From Rhodovastum atsumiense (GTDB taxonomy: Bacteria; Pseudomonadota; Alphaproteobacteria; Acetobacterales; Acetobacteraceae): a stretch of DNA of 64,000 nt. The notes below the pieces were generated by a model, which saw only the letters and a list, made by a program, of their open reading frames with translations, searched no databases and was not told where the DNA came from. Both the position numbers and the translations under genes were made by a program. Position 1 is the stretch's first letter, and every line of letters begins with the position of its first letter. Shown here piece after piece: positions 39,601 to 48,900 of this stretch. The stretch lies in the NCBI GenBank assembly GCA_026225115.1, contig JAMFSE010000107.1:1275-65274 (forward strand), in the 5' to 3' direction.

Positions 39601-40123
39601 GATCATCATCAAGGGCGCCAAATCCCCCGAACGTCTCCTCGCCGAAGTAACCCTGTTCCTGCACCAGGTCGTCTCGGATCTGCCCGCCGAGCAGCAAAGA
39701 ATGATCCGCAAAGCGCAGAACCGCGACGCCATCCTCGAAGGACGGCGCATTCTCATCGTCGAAGACGATGTCCGCAACGTCTACGCCCTCACCAACATTC
39801 TCGAACCCCGCGGCGCCATCGTCGAGATCGCCCGCAACGGCCGCGAGGCGCTGACCCTCCTCGAGAAATCAAAACACCACAATGCGCTGGCGATCGACCT
39901 CGTCCTCATGGACGTGATGATGCCGGTCATGGACGGTCTCACAGCCACCCGCGAAATCCGCAAGGAGAGCGGATGGAAAAAACTCCCGATCATCATGCTC
40001 ACCGCAAAGGCGATGCCTGACGATCAGCAAAAATGCATCGAAGCCGGCGCCAGCGATTACATGGCAAAGCCGCTGGATTTGGAGAAATTCCTCTCCCTGG
40101 TGCGCGTCTGGATGCCGCAGTGA
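36671..40123 (+). CDS. Hybrid sensor kinase CHASE3-GAF-coiled coil-HisKA-HATPase_c-REC x3 (CfcA-like architecture)
   Basis: DAETGQRGYLLT CHASE3, GAF, MSHELRTPLN, three receivers (VILDVGLPD, MVLDLSLPD, VLMDVMMP). Confidence 0.93.
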   Translation: MRVLMPKRSEFVKTSRKPGLDPVVAFTLLGAFVFFIISGTAAYQNLQTLLKDNQKIVHSGDVIVALSALLSSAQDAETGQRGYLLTNNESYLAPYNAALESIPGQLNRISNLTSDNAAQQINLAALRPHIYAKLAELKQTIDLNRSQGPQVALSVVTTNRGKTEMDAIRAQIATMYQIERNLRTARLTEMTAAYERATASGLLSGLLGMVLTAVVGFLIRRATLARNRLEWLQTGKAGLATAMLGDQRSEALGEQILSFLAEYLGAVAGAVYVMRKTARDEFHLAAKYGVPPGATLPERFQANEALLGQAARENRHLVLDDVPDGYIAFGSALGQSKPRHLVIWPANVDGLVNTVLELGFNKPVRTESLEFLNENSGAIAVGVRTANYRAELQDLLEDTQRKSEELQVQGEELRVSNEELEEQSRALKESQARLEQQQIELEQTNAQLEEQAQTLETHRDELEEANAIAQLRARELEQASQYKTDFLANMSHELRTPLNSSLILAKLLADNPDDNLTAEQIKYAQTIQSSGNDLLTLINDILDLSKIEAGHVEIRPEPVTLQQIAGDINQMFRPVAQNKGLDFTVTIAPDCPDYINTDLQRLEQILKNLLSNAFKFTEKGQVTVNIAKATDDRLAFAISDTGVGIAEDQQASVFEAFRQADGTISRKYGGTGLGLSISWELARLLGGVIKLESRPGQGSVFSLIVPDVYSPALVVKRDQRPNTPAAPIAPQSNNSFLPPAVARKRPDDRNTLTGAKRVLLIIEDDENFADILLDLSQEMGFESLVANTAAEALSLARQYLPSAVILDVGLPDSSGLSVLDQLKRDTKTRHIPIHVVSGHDHTQTALSLGAIGYMTKPVKREELADVLKKLELRLSQRMHRVLIVEDDNLQREAVGQLLRSPDVETIMAGTAAECLEQLKNNTFDCMVLDLSLPDASGYALLETLSREGAYSFPPVIVYTGRDLSADDELRLRRYSKSIIIKGAKSPERLLAEVTLFLHQVVSDLPAEQQRMIRKAQNRDAILEGRRILIVEDDVRNVYALTNILEPRGAIVEIARNGREALTLLEKSKHHNALAIDLVLMDVMMPVMDGLTATREIRKESGWKKLPIIMLTAKAMPDDQQKCIEAGASDYMAKPLDLEKFLSLVRVWMPQ

Positions 40124-40956
40124 GCGATGTCCCGGAATCAAAACTCGAGGCTCTGGAGATCAAGCTTCTGCTGGAGGCGCTGTTTCAGCACTATCATTAC
40201 GATTTCCGCAATTATGCCCAGGCCTCCATCAAACGGCGCCTGAACCGCGCGCGCGAGCAAATGGGCTTTGCCACCTATTCACAACTCCAGGATGGCCTGC
40301 TGCATAACCCTGCCCTACTCCCGCATCTACTCAGTTTCCTCACCATCCAGGTCAGCGAAATGTTCCGCGACCCTTCCTACTTCCTCGGCCTGCGGGAAAA
40401 GGTCCTGCCGCATCTACGCACCTATCCGTCGCTTAAAGTCTGGGTCGCCGGCTGCAGCGAGGGCGAAGAGCTCTATTCCCTCGTCATCCTGTTCCGAGAA
40501 GAAGGCCTTGAAGACCGCACTCTTTTTTACGCAACCGACATCAACCAGGAAGCGCTCGATAAGGCAAATGCCGGAATCTACGCCCTCGACCGCATGCAGC
40601 TCTTCACCGCCAACCACCGCAAATCCGGCGGCAAATCATCGCTTTCGGATTACTACACCGCCGCCTACGGCCGCGCCGTCTTCGACAGGAGCCTGCGCCA
40701 GCGCGTCGTCTTCTCAGACCACAGCCTGGTCACCGACGCCGTCTTCGCCGAGATGCATCTGATCTCATGCAGAAACGTGATGATCTATTTCGATCGGCCA
40801 TTGCAGGACCGCGCCGTCGGCCTGTTCAAAGACTCTCTGACCCGAAAAGGCTTTCTCGGGCTTGGCGCCAAAGAAAGCCTGCGCTTCTCCAACCACGCCG
40901 GCGCCTTCCTCGACTTCGTCAAGGACGAAAAGATCTATCAAAGGCGGGCAGAATGA
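40120..40956 (+). CDS. cheR: CheR-type protein-glutamate O-methyltransferase
   Basis: VWVAGCSEGEELYS, ATDIN, ISCRNVMIYF; GTGA overlap with the kinase stop. Confidence 0.92.
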   Translation: MSDVPESKLEALEIKLLLEALFQHYHYDFRNYAQASIKRRLNRAREQMGFATYSQLQDGLLHNPALLPHLLSFLTIQVSEMFRDPSYFLGLREKVLPHLRTYPSLKVWVAGCSEGEELYSLVILFREEGLEDRTLFYATDINQEALDKANAGIYALDRMQLFTANHRKSGGKSSLSDYYTAAYGRAVFDRSLRQRVVFSDHSLVTDAVFAEMHLISCRNVMIYFDRPLQDRAVGLFKDSLTRKGFLGLGAKESLRFSNHAGAFLDFVKDEKIYQRRAE

Positions 40957-41537
40957 CCCCGCCATCTGACCCCAACCTCCAGGCCATCGTCATCGGCGCG
41001 TCCGCCGGCGCCGTCGAGGCATTGTCGATCATCCTGCCTGCCCTCTCGCAAAAATTCCCTCTCCCGATCATGGTGGTCGTCCACATCCCACCCGACCGGA
41101 CCAGCATCATCGCCGATCTATTCCGCGAAAAATGCAACTTGCCGGTGGCCGAAGCCGAAGACAAAGAGCCCATCCGCCCCGGCACCATCTACTTCGCGCC
41201 CCCCGGTTATCATCTGCTGGTGGAAATGGATCGAACCCTGTCCCTCTCCAACGATGAACCGGTGTTCTTCTCCCGCCCTTCCGTCGACGTCCTGTTCGAG
41301 AGCGCTGCCGACGCCTACGGCCCAGCCCTGCTCGCCATCGTGCTGACCGGCGCCAACCAGGACGGCGCTTATGGTGTGAAGTCCGTGGCGGATGCCGGCG
41401 GCAGTGCCATCATCCAATCGCCGGCCGGCGCCTACGCTACCGCCATGCCGGCCGCCGCCATCACCGCCTGCCCCTCCGCGCGGGTTCTGGCCCTTGCCGA
41501 TATTGCCCTCTATCTGCGCAGCCTCGAGAAGGTATAG
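40953..41537 (+). CDS. cheB: CheB-type methylesterase, catalytic domain only (no receiver)
   Basis: GASAGA (Ser), VVHIPP (His), LTGANQDG (Asp); ATGA overlap with cheR. Confidence 0.9.
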   Translation: MTPPSDPNLQAIVIGASAGAVEALSIILPALSQKFPLPIMVVVHIPPDRTSIIADLFREKCNLPVAEAEDKEPIRPGTIYFAPPGYHLLVEMDRTLSLSNDEPVFFSRPSVDVLFESAADAYGPALLAIVLTGANQDGAYGVKSVADAGGSAIIQSPAGAYATAMPAAAITACPSARVLALADIALYLRSLEKV

Positions 41538-43099
41538 TGCCTGTAATGACCCCCGTTCACTTTCTGCTGGTCGACGATCTGGAGGAAAACCTCCTCTCGC
41601 TCGCAGCCCTGCTGCGCCGCGACGGGCTGGTCCTGCTGCAGGCGCGCTCCGGCGACGAAGCGCTGGAACTCCTCCTGCAACACGATGTCGCACTGGCCCT
41701 GGTGGACGTTCAAATGCCCGGGCTGAATGGTTTCGAACTGGCAGAGTTGATGCGCGGCTTCGAGCGTACCCGCCACGTCCCGATCATCTTCGTCACGGCC
41801 GGCAATCACGACGCGCAATGGCGCTTCCGCGGCTACGAGGCCGGCGCGGTCGATTTCATTCAAAAACCAATCGAAGCCGACATCCTGCGCAGCAAAGCCG
41901 GCATATTCTTCGACCTCTACCGGCAGCGCCAACAAATCGCCGAGCAGCATGACGCACTCAAAATGCAGGCCGAAGCGCTGCAGGCAGCCGACCTCAAAAA
42001 GGATGAATTCCTCGCATTGCTGGCCCATGAGCTGCGCAATCCGCTGGCACCGCTCCGCCATGGTCTGGACGTTCTACGCCGCAGCCGGGAGGGCAAGCGC
42101 GCCGAAGAAATTCGCGACATGATGGACCGGCAATTATTCAATCTTGTCCGCCTCATCGACGACCTTCTCGATGTCGCCCGCGTCAGCCAGGGAAAAATCG
42201 AACTCCGCAAGGAAAAACTGCAGGTCTCGGAAATATTCCGCTCGGCGCTGGAGACGAGCTCGCCACAGATCGAAGCCGCCGGTCACACGCTCATCGTCGA
42301 TCTACCCGAACAGCCCATCTGGCTCGACGCGGATCTAACCCGCCTCGCCCAGGTCATCAGCAATCTCCTCAACAACGCCGCCAAATACACCCCTACCGGC
42401 GGCTGCATCTCCCTTACCGCCAGCGTCACAGATGAAAGCGCAATCATCACCGTCTCCGATAACGGCATCGGCATTCCGGCAAACATGCTCTCCGAGGTCT
42501 TCCAACTCTTCGCCCAGGTCGACAATCATCTCGACCGCGCCCAGGGCGGCCTTGGCATCGGTCTGGCGCTCGTCAGGCAACTCGTCGTCATGCACGGCGG
42601 CACGGTCGAAGTCCACAGCCCTGGCACCGGCCACGGCAGCATTTTCACGATCCGCCTGCCACGAACACCAAGTCCGGAAACCCTACCGGTGCCGCAACCG
42701 GCAGTCACGACGCCCGCCTTGGCCCAGCGTCTCAAAGTGCTGGTGGTGGACGACATGGTCGAAGTAGCCCAAACCGTCGGCTGGATGCTCGAAGAATTGG
42801 GCCACGACTACGCCTTGATCAACGATGGCAAACAAGCCCTCCAGGCCGCTCAGGATTTCTCCCCGGATGTCATCCTTCTCGATATCGGCCTGCCCGGCAT
42901 GGATGGCTACGCCGTGTGCCGAGCCCTTCGCGAGGTGGAACGCTTCCGTAACATCCCGATCATCGCGCAAACCGGCTGGGGCCGAGATCGCGACAAAACA
43001 TCAGCCAGCGATGCGGGGTTCGACCACCACCTGGTCAAACCGGTAAAACTCGCCGATCTGGAAAACCTGCTCACCCAGCTGGCGCCGCCGCCAACGTAA
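41537..43099 (+). CDS. Cytoplasmic hybrid kinase REC-HisKA-HATPase_c-REC
   Basis: LLVDD...ALVDVQMPG, LAHELRNPL, NLLNNAAKYT, GLGIGL, ILLDIGLPG. Confidence 0.93.
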   Translation: MPVMTPVHFLLVDDLEENLLSLAALLRRDGLVLLQARSGDEALELLLQHDVALALVDVQMPGLNGFELAELMRGFERTRHVPIIFVTAGNHDAQWRFRGYEAGAVDFIQKPIEADILRSKAGIFFDLYRQRQQIAEQHDALKMQAEALQAADLKKDEFLALLAHELRNPLAPLRHGLDVLRRSREGKRAEEIRDMMDRQLFNLVRLIDDLLDVARVSQGKIELRKEKLQVSEIFRSALETSSPQIEAAGHTLIVDLPEQPIWLDADLTRLAQVISNLLNNAAKYTPTGGCISLTASVTDESAIITVSDNGIGIPANMLSEVFQLFAQVDNHLDRAQGGLGIGLALVRQLVVMHGGTVEVHSPGTGHGSIFTIRLPRTPSPETLPVPQPAVTTPALAQRLKVLVVDDMVEVAQTVGWMLEELGHDYALINDGKQALQAAQDFSPDVILLDIGLPGMDGYAVCRALREVERFRNIPIIAQTGWGRDRDKTSASDAGFDHHLVKPVKLADLENLLTQLAPPPT

Positions 43100-43759
43100 A
43101 AATCTGAACGGGAATCGATTCCGCGGCCGGCGTGAAACTACCCTGCGCGTAATGCGCCAGCGGCAAAAGCGCATTCGCTTCCGGGTAATAGGTCGCACAA
43201 CAACCATCGGGAATATCATAGCCGGTTGCTCGAAAACCGCGCATCTCGCGCACCACCCCATCGTGAAACTGGGTGGAAATCCACAAGTTCTGCCCTTCCT
43301 CTATCCCCAGCCGCACCATATCGTTCCGGCTGAGCAGCACCACCATCCTGGTATTCTTGATCCCGCGAAACCGGTCGTTATACCCATAGATCGTCGTGTT
43401 GAACTGATCATTGCTTCGCAGCGTCATCATCCGAAAAATCTGCCGCGCGTCATCCTTAACCTCTGCGTCCTCCACCAGATTCAAAGGCGTGATAAAATTC
43501 GCCTTCTTATTCTCAGTTTGCCAAACCCTCTGCCGAGCTTTGATCGGTCTTGCAAATCCACCCGGATTCCACAGCCGCGTTTCCATATCCTTGAATATCT
43601 CTGGATAGGTCTCGGCAATCGCGGTGCGCACCCTGGCATAATCCGTCGACCAACCATCCCAATCACCTTCTCCCTGATCAGAATATCGCCAAGCGACTGC
43701 GCAGACCCCCAACCACCCGCGGCATTCTTATATGGTTTAATTTTTGGCTTGCGCGTCAT
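43071..43759 (-). pseudogene. FdhF/YdeP-family molybdopterin oxidoreductase, large internal deletion with frameshift
   Basis: The first 32 codons (MTRKPKIKPY...AGGWGSAQSLGDILIREKV) join out of frame to the C-terminal ~197 codons (DWDGWSTDY...TLRSNDQFNTTIYG...YYPEAN). The family is normally ~750 aa. Confidence 0.88.
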
Positions 43760-43953
43760 GCGATATCCTCATACGAACGCACCATTATCTGGCCCATGGC
43801 GCGCGCATTTTCTCTGCCCGGCACTTAAATAAAACTAATTTCACATTCCGGCTCGGCCTCATACTGATGTAAACGCCGCCTTGCCAACAATTCATGTGCC
43901 ACTAAAAATTTTACACCTATGTAAGCTCCGCTTTAATTGCGTGGGGATGCGCT

Positions 43954-44835
43954 TTGCTCAGGGTCGCCAAACGGTATCCGCTCACATTGCTACCAGTTTT
44001 CGCTCTGTCAGCCTGCAATATGGACGTGCTGCAGCCCGCCGGCCCGGTCGGGGTCCGGGAAGCAAGGCTACTGGCGGAAACCACCGGCGCCATGCTCATC
44101 GTCGTCATCCCGGTCTTTATCCTTACCATCCTCTTCGCCTGGCGCTACCGCGATGGCGCGCCCGAGCGCCGCTACAACGCAAAATTCTCCGGCTCAACGC
44201 CGATAGAACTGACCATCTGGGGCATACCGCTCGCCATCATCATCGTCCTTGGCGTCATGGATTGGCGATCAACCCTGGCGCTCGACCCGTTCAAACCATT
44301 GCCCGGACACATGCCGACCTTACGCATCGACGCCGTCTCAATGGACTGGAAATGGCTGTTCATCTATCCAGACCAACACGTCGCCACCATCGACCAGCTG
44401 GTCATCCCCACCGGCACGCAAATCGCTTTCAGCATAACTTCCGACACCGTAATGAACGTCTTCTTCATCCCCCGCCTCGGCACGCAAATCTACGCCATGG
44501 CGGGCATGCAGACGCAGGACCATCTGCTCGCCAAAAACCCCGGAACCTTCCGCGGCATCTCCGCCAATTTCAGCGGCGAAGGTTTTCCGGAAATGCACTT
44601 CAGCACAAAAGCAGTGTCACCGCGGGATTTCGCCGCCTGGATCACGCAAACCCAAAGCGCACCAGGAAATTTGGACGCAGCGGCCTACGCAAAATTGAAA
44701 AAGCCCGGGGTACAGGACGCCCCAGCCATCTTCGGCCACGCAGACCCGGCGTTGTTCGAAGCCATCCTTCATGAAGACAGCGGCACCCCGGCGCCGCCGC
44801 ACAAAAACACGCCCCCACCGGTAAAGGCGCAGTAA
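43954..44835 (+). CDS. cyoA: Cytochrome bo3 ubiquinol oxidase subunit II
   Basis: Lipobox [37 protein letters not shown]; no CuA ligands. Confidence 0.93.
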   Translation: MLRVAKRYPLTLLPVFALSACNMDVLQPAGPVGVREARLLAETTGAMLIVVIPVFILTILFAWRYRDGAPERRYNAKFSGSTPIELTIWGIPLAIIIVLGVMDWRSTLALDPFKPLPGHMPTLRIDAVSMDWKWLFIYPDQHVATIDQLVIPTGTQIAFSITSDTVMNVFFIPRLGTQIYAMAGMQTQDHLLAKNPGTFRGISANFSGEGFPEMHFSTKAVSPRDFAAWITQTQSAPGNLDAAAYAKLKKPGVQDAPAIFGHADPALFEAILHEDSGTPAPPHKNTPPPVKAQ

Positions 44836-44836
44836 C

Positions 44837-46795
44837 ATGTTCGGCAAGCTCGCCTTCAACCAAATCCCCATCAGCAGCCCCATCATCATGGTGGCCGTCG
44901 CCTTCGAGGTCATCGCCGCCCTCGCCGTGCTCAGTTTCATCACCAAAAAACACGGCTGGGGCTATCTCTGGCGCGAATGGCTCACCTCCGTCGACCATAA
45001 AAAAATCGGCGTCATGTATATCATCGTCGCTCTGGTCATGCTGCTGCGCGGCTTTGTCGACGCAATGATGATGCGCACCCAGCAAGCCATCGCCGACGGC
45101 AGCAACACCGGCTTCCTGCCGCCTCATCATTACGACCAGTTCTTCTCCGAACACGGCGTCATCATGATCTTCTTCGTCGCCATGCCGCTCATTATCGGGC
45201 TGATGAACATCGTCGTGCCCCTGCAAATCGGCACCCGCGACGTCGCCTTTCCCTTCCTGAATTCAGTCTCCCTCTGGCTCGTTGTCGCCGCTGCCCTGCT
45301 GCTCAACATCTCGCTCGCCATCGGCGACTTCGCCAAAACCGGCTGGGTCGCCTACCCGCCGCTGTCGGAACTCACCTACAGCCCGGATGTCGGCGTCGAC
45401 TACTACATCTGGGTCCTGCAACTCTCCGGCTTTTCCTCGCTCTTCACCGGCATCAATTTCTTCGTCACCATCGTCAAGCGCCGCGCGCCGGGCATGGGTT
45501 TCTTCCGCATGCCGATTTTCACCTGGACCGCCTTCTGCACCGTCATGCTGATGATGATCGCCTTCCCCATCCTCACCGTCGCTTTGGCCCTCCTCGCCTT
45601 CGACCGTTACTGCGGTACGCATTTCTTCACCAATGATCTCGGCGGCAACGCGATGATGTACGTCAACCTGTTCTGGGCCTGGGGCCATCCGGAAGTCTAC
45701 ATCCTCATGCTGCCGGCCTTCGGCGTCTATTCCGAGGTATTTCCAACCTTCGCCGGCAAGCCGCTCTTCGCCTATCGCACCATGGTCTACGCCACCGTCT
45801 GCATCACCGTGCTCTCCTTCATGGTCTGGCTGCACCATTTCTTCACCATGGGCTCGGCCGCCAGCGTCAACGCCTTCTTCGGCATCATGACGATGATCAT
45901 CGCCGTCCCTACCGGCGTTAAAATCTTCTCCTGGATTTTTACCATCTATGGCGGCCGGCTGCGCTTCACCGTCCCCGTCCTATGGAGCCTCGGCTTCATC
46001 ATCACCTTCACCATCGGCGGCATGACCGGCGTCATCCTCGCCATCCCCGGCAACGACTATGTGCTGCACAACAGCCTCTTCCTGGTCGCGCATTTCCACA
46101 ACGTCCTGATCGGCGGCGTTTTGTTCGGCATGTTCGCCGGCTATAATTACTGGTTCCCCAAGGCTGCCGGCTTCACCTTGAACGAGGCCTGGGGCAAAGC
46201 CGCCTTCTGGTTCTGGATCACCGGCTTCTACGTCGCCTTCATGCCGCTCTACATCCTCGGTTTCATGGGCATGACCCGCCGCCTCGCGCATTACGACAAC
46301 CCGGCCTGGCAGCCCTATCTCATCCTGGCGTTTTTCGGCGCCGTCCTCATCAGCATCGGCATTTTTTGCCAGGTCGCACAGCTCTACATCTCCATCCGCG
46401 ACCGCGCCCTCAACCGTGATCTCACCGGCGATCCCTGGAACGCCCGTACCCTGGAATGGTCCATCCCCTCACCGCCGCCCTTCTATAATTTCGCCCGCAC
46501 CCCGCATGTCGAAAGCATCGATGCCTTCTGGATGGAAAAACAAAATCCTTCAAAATCTTCCAGCCCGGAATACGTCGACATAGAACTTCCCAAAAACACA
46601 GCCAGCGGCTTCATCATCGGCGTGCTGGACGGCGTCCTCGCCTTTGGCCTCATCTGGCACATCTGGTGGCTGGCCATCCTGACCCTGATCGGCATCACCG
46701 CCACCGTAATCGCCCGCGCATTCCAATCGGAGGTCGATTACACCATCCCCGCCGCAAAAATCGCCCAACTTGAAGCCGCGCGAACCCAAACATGA
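44837..46795 (+). CDS. cyoB: Cytochrome bo3 ubiquinol oxidase subunit I
   Basis: WGHPEVY, WLHHFF, AHFHNV heme/CuB ligands. Confidence 0.96.
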   Translation: MFGKLAFNQIPISSPIIMVAVAFEVIAALAVLSFITKKHGWGYLWREWLTSVDHKKIGVMYIIVALVMLLRGFVDAMMMRTQQAIADGSNTGFLPPHHYDQFFSEHGVIMIFFVAMPLIIGLMNIVVPLQIGTRDVAFPFLNSVSLWLVVAAALLLNISLAIGDFAKTGWVAYPPLSELTYSPDVGVDYYIWVLQLSGFSSLFTGINFFVTIVKRRAPGMGFFRMPIFTWTAFCTVMLMMIAFPILTVALALLAFDRYCGTHFFTNDLGGNAMMYVNLFWAWGHPEVYILMLPAFGVYSEVFPTFAGKPLFAYRTMVYATVCITVLSFMVWLHHFFTMGSAASVNAFFGIMTMIIAVPTGVKIFSWIFTIYGGRLRFTVPVLWSLGFIITFTIGGMTGVILAIPGNDYVLHNSLFLVAHFHNVLIGGVLFGMFAGYNYWFPKAAGFTLNEAWGKAAFWFWITGFYVAFMPLYILGFMGMTRRLAHYDNPAWQPYLILAFFGAVLISIGIFCQVAQLYISIRDRALNRDLTGDPWNARTLEWSIPSPPPFYNFARTPHVESIDAFWMEKQNPSKSSSPEYVDIELPKNTASGFIIGVLDGVLAFGLIWHIWWLAILTLIGITATVIARAFQSEVDYTIPAAKIAQLEAARTQT

Positions 46796-47415
46796 GCGAG
46801 ACCGCCCAACAGCGTCACGTCCATCAGGAGCCAGACCGCGATCTGGACCACCCGCATCCGGAAACCGTCTTCGGCTTCTGGGTCTACATCATGACCGACT
46901 GCATGATCTTCGCCTCGCTCTTCGCGGTCTTCGCCGTCCAGCGCACGGCCTATGCCGGCGGCCCCAACGGCCACGACCTGTTCGATCTCAAATCCACCTT
47001 GCTGGAAACTTTTCTTCTCCTCACCAGCAGCACCACCTGCGGCTATGCCATGGTCTGCCTGCACCAACGGCGGCAAAACCTCATGGGTCTGTTCCTGCTG
47101 CTGACATTGGCCTGCGGCCTCGGTTTCGTCGGCCTGGAAGTCAGCGAATTTCTAAAATTGATAGCCGAGAATGCCGGCCCTGACCGCAGTGCCTTCCTAT
47201 CCGCATTCTTCATCCTGGTCGGCACCCATGGCCTGCACGTCACCTGCGGCATGCTCTGGATGCTGGTGTTGCTCTTCGACATCTTCATCCGAAAACGCGG
47301 CCTGCCGCCCGTCATCGGCCGCCGCCTCCTGGCATTCAGCCTGTTCTGGCATTTCCTGGACATCATCTGGATCTGCCTCTTCACCTTCGTCTATCTCAAC
47401 GGGTACCTCACCTGA
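46792..47415 (+). CDS. cyoC: Cytochrome bo3 ubiquinol oxidase subunit III
   Basis: [28 protein letters not shown]. Confidence 0.95.
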   Translation: MSETAQQRHVHQEPDRDLDHPHPETVFGFWVYIMTDCMIFASLFAVFAVQRTAYAGGPNGHDLFDLKSTLLETFLLLTSSTTCGYAMVCLHQRRQNLMGLFLLLTLACGLGFVGLEVSEFLKLIAENAGPDRSAFLSAFFILVGTHGLHVTCGMLWMLVLLFDIFIRKRGLPPVIGRRLLAFSLFWHFLDIIWICLFTFVYLNGYLT

Positions 47416-47777
47416 TGGCAAAAACCCCACTCCACCACGAACCCGGCTCCGGCACCGGCGAAGGCAGTTTTTTCTCCTATTCGCTGGGCTATGTTCTGGC
47501 GCTGCTCCTGAGCTTTGTTTCGTTCGGCTGCGTCATGCTGCATGTCATCCCCGGCCGGTTCGTATTCATTGCTTTAATCGCCACCGCCCTCACCCAGGTC
47601 TACGTGCATCTGCATTTCTATTTGCACATGGGCCGAAACTCCACACCGCGCTGGAACATCATCGTCTTTGCCTTCGCCATGATCGTCATCGCGATCCTGG
47701 TCGGCGGCTCAATCTGGATCATGGCAAGCGCGAACCACCAGATGATGCCTGGCTACAACGCAATGCAAATGCCCTGA
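47415..47777 (+). CDS. cyoD: Cytochrome bo3 ubiquinol oxidase subunit IV
   Basis: QVYVHLHFYLHM, VGGSIWIM; three TM helices; operon position. Confidence 0.92.
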   Translation: MAKTPLHHEPGSGTGEGSFFSYSLGYVLALLLSFVSFGCVMLHVIPGRFVFIALIATALTQVYVHLHFYLHMGRNSTPRWNIIVFAFAMIVIAILVGGSIWIMASANHQMMPGYNAMQMP

Positions 47778-47787
47778 AACGCGCGCC

Positions 47788-48900
47788 TTAAATCCCCGGA
47801 AACGCATTCCGGAAATAATATGCCGCCGCTTTCGTCAACGTCTCATCCGGCGCCGGCTGTCTCAAATATGCCCCTAAATCGCGGCACAGCATTTCCATCC
47901 TGCTGCCCGCGATAAATCCGGAAAGCCCAAGGCTCCGCTGGGCAGTCTGCATCGCCTCCAGACACACCGCCTCCACGGCCAGCCGCGCCAGATTGACATA
48001 GGCAACAATCGCCTCAGCGCTGTCATCCTCAACACAGGCCAGCCGCGCAACCTTCACCATCCAAAGCCGTGCCGTCTCGTAAGCAATCACGTTCTGCCCA
48101 AACCGCATCCGCTGATGCGGATCGTCCTCACGATGCCGCTGCAAAATCTGCTCCCGATGGCATTCGACAATCGCCGCAAGCCCGCCCAGCGCCGCGGCCG
48201 AACCCCGCCAAGCCCCAGCGGAAAACGCCGGCTCGCGCAAATAATCACCAACCTCGCCAATCAGATCGCTTTGCTCGACTTCCATGCCGGAAAAATCGAC
48301 ACTTCCTGTCACCGCCGCCCGCATCCCGCCAAGCTTGAGCCGGCTCGACAAAACCCGCTCACCCGGCCGCAATCGAACCAGCAGCATGCGTGTCCCCGTC
48401 CGATCATTGGCAGTAATCAACGCCCGCGTCGCCGTCCCCGCGCCGGAACAAAAGTCCTTTCTCCCACGCAGCACAAATCCGGTTCCTCGCGGTTCCAGCA
48501 CGAGCTCCTGCCCATGCGGATCGGTTACCCAAAGCGCAAAAATATGTTTCTGCCCGGCATCTTCCGCACAAGCCCACGCCAGCGATTCCGATCCATATCG
48601 AACGATCAACTGCAATGCATTAACATGCGCCTCGTACAGCCGCGCCACGCTCAGGCTCGCCTCGCCCAACAGCATGAACAAGCGCAGCAATTCCGCCGCA
48701 CCCTGCTCGCCATATCCAAAACCGAGCCCTTCGAACTGTTCCGGCAAACTGGCCTTCAGGGCCCCCAGTTCCGCCAAAGCCTCCAAACTCGCACGAGGAA
48801 ATTCCGCGGCCTCATCAAACCCCAGCGCGTCGCGCTGCATCTCTGGCAGAAGCGATCTCACGCCGCATAGCAAAGCCTCCTGCTCACCCCGCATTTTCAT
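47788..48900 (-). CDS. Acyl-CoA dehydrogenase-like flavoprotein
   Basis: LYEAHVNA, GRKDFCSGA, LGGMRAAVTG, YLRQP; typical of the ACAD/PIG-L/GT cluster type. Confidence 0.8.
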   Translation of the reverse strand: MKMRGEQEALLCGVRSLLPEMQRDALGFDEAAEFPRASLEALAELGALKASLPEQFEGLGFGYGEQGAAELLRLFMLLGEASLSVARLYEAHVNALQLIVRYGSESLAWACAEDAGQKHIFALWVTDPHGQELVLEPRGTGFVLRGRKDFCSGAGTATRALITANDRTGTRMLLVRLRPGERVLSSRLKLGGMRAAVTGSVDFSGMEVEQSDLIGEVGDYLREPAFSAGAWRGSAAALGGLAAIVECHREQILQRHREDDPHQRMRFGQNVIAYETARLWMVKVARLACVEDDSAEAIVAYVNLARLAVEAVCLEAMQTAQRSLGLSGFIAGSRMEMLCRDLGAYLRQPAPDETLTKAAAYYFRNAFPGI

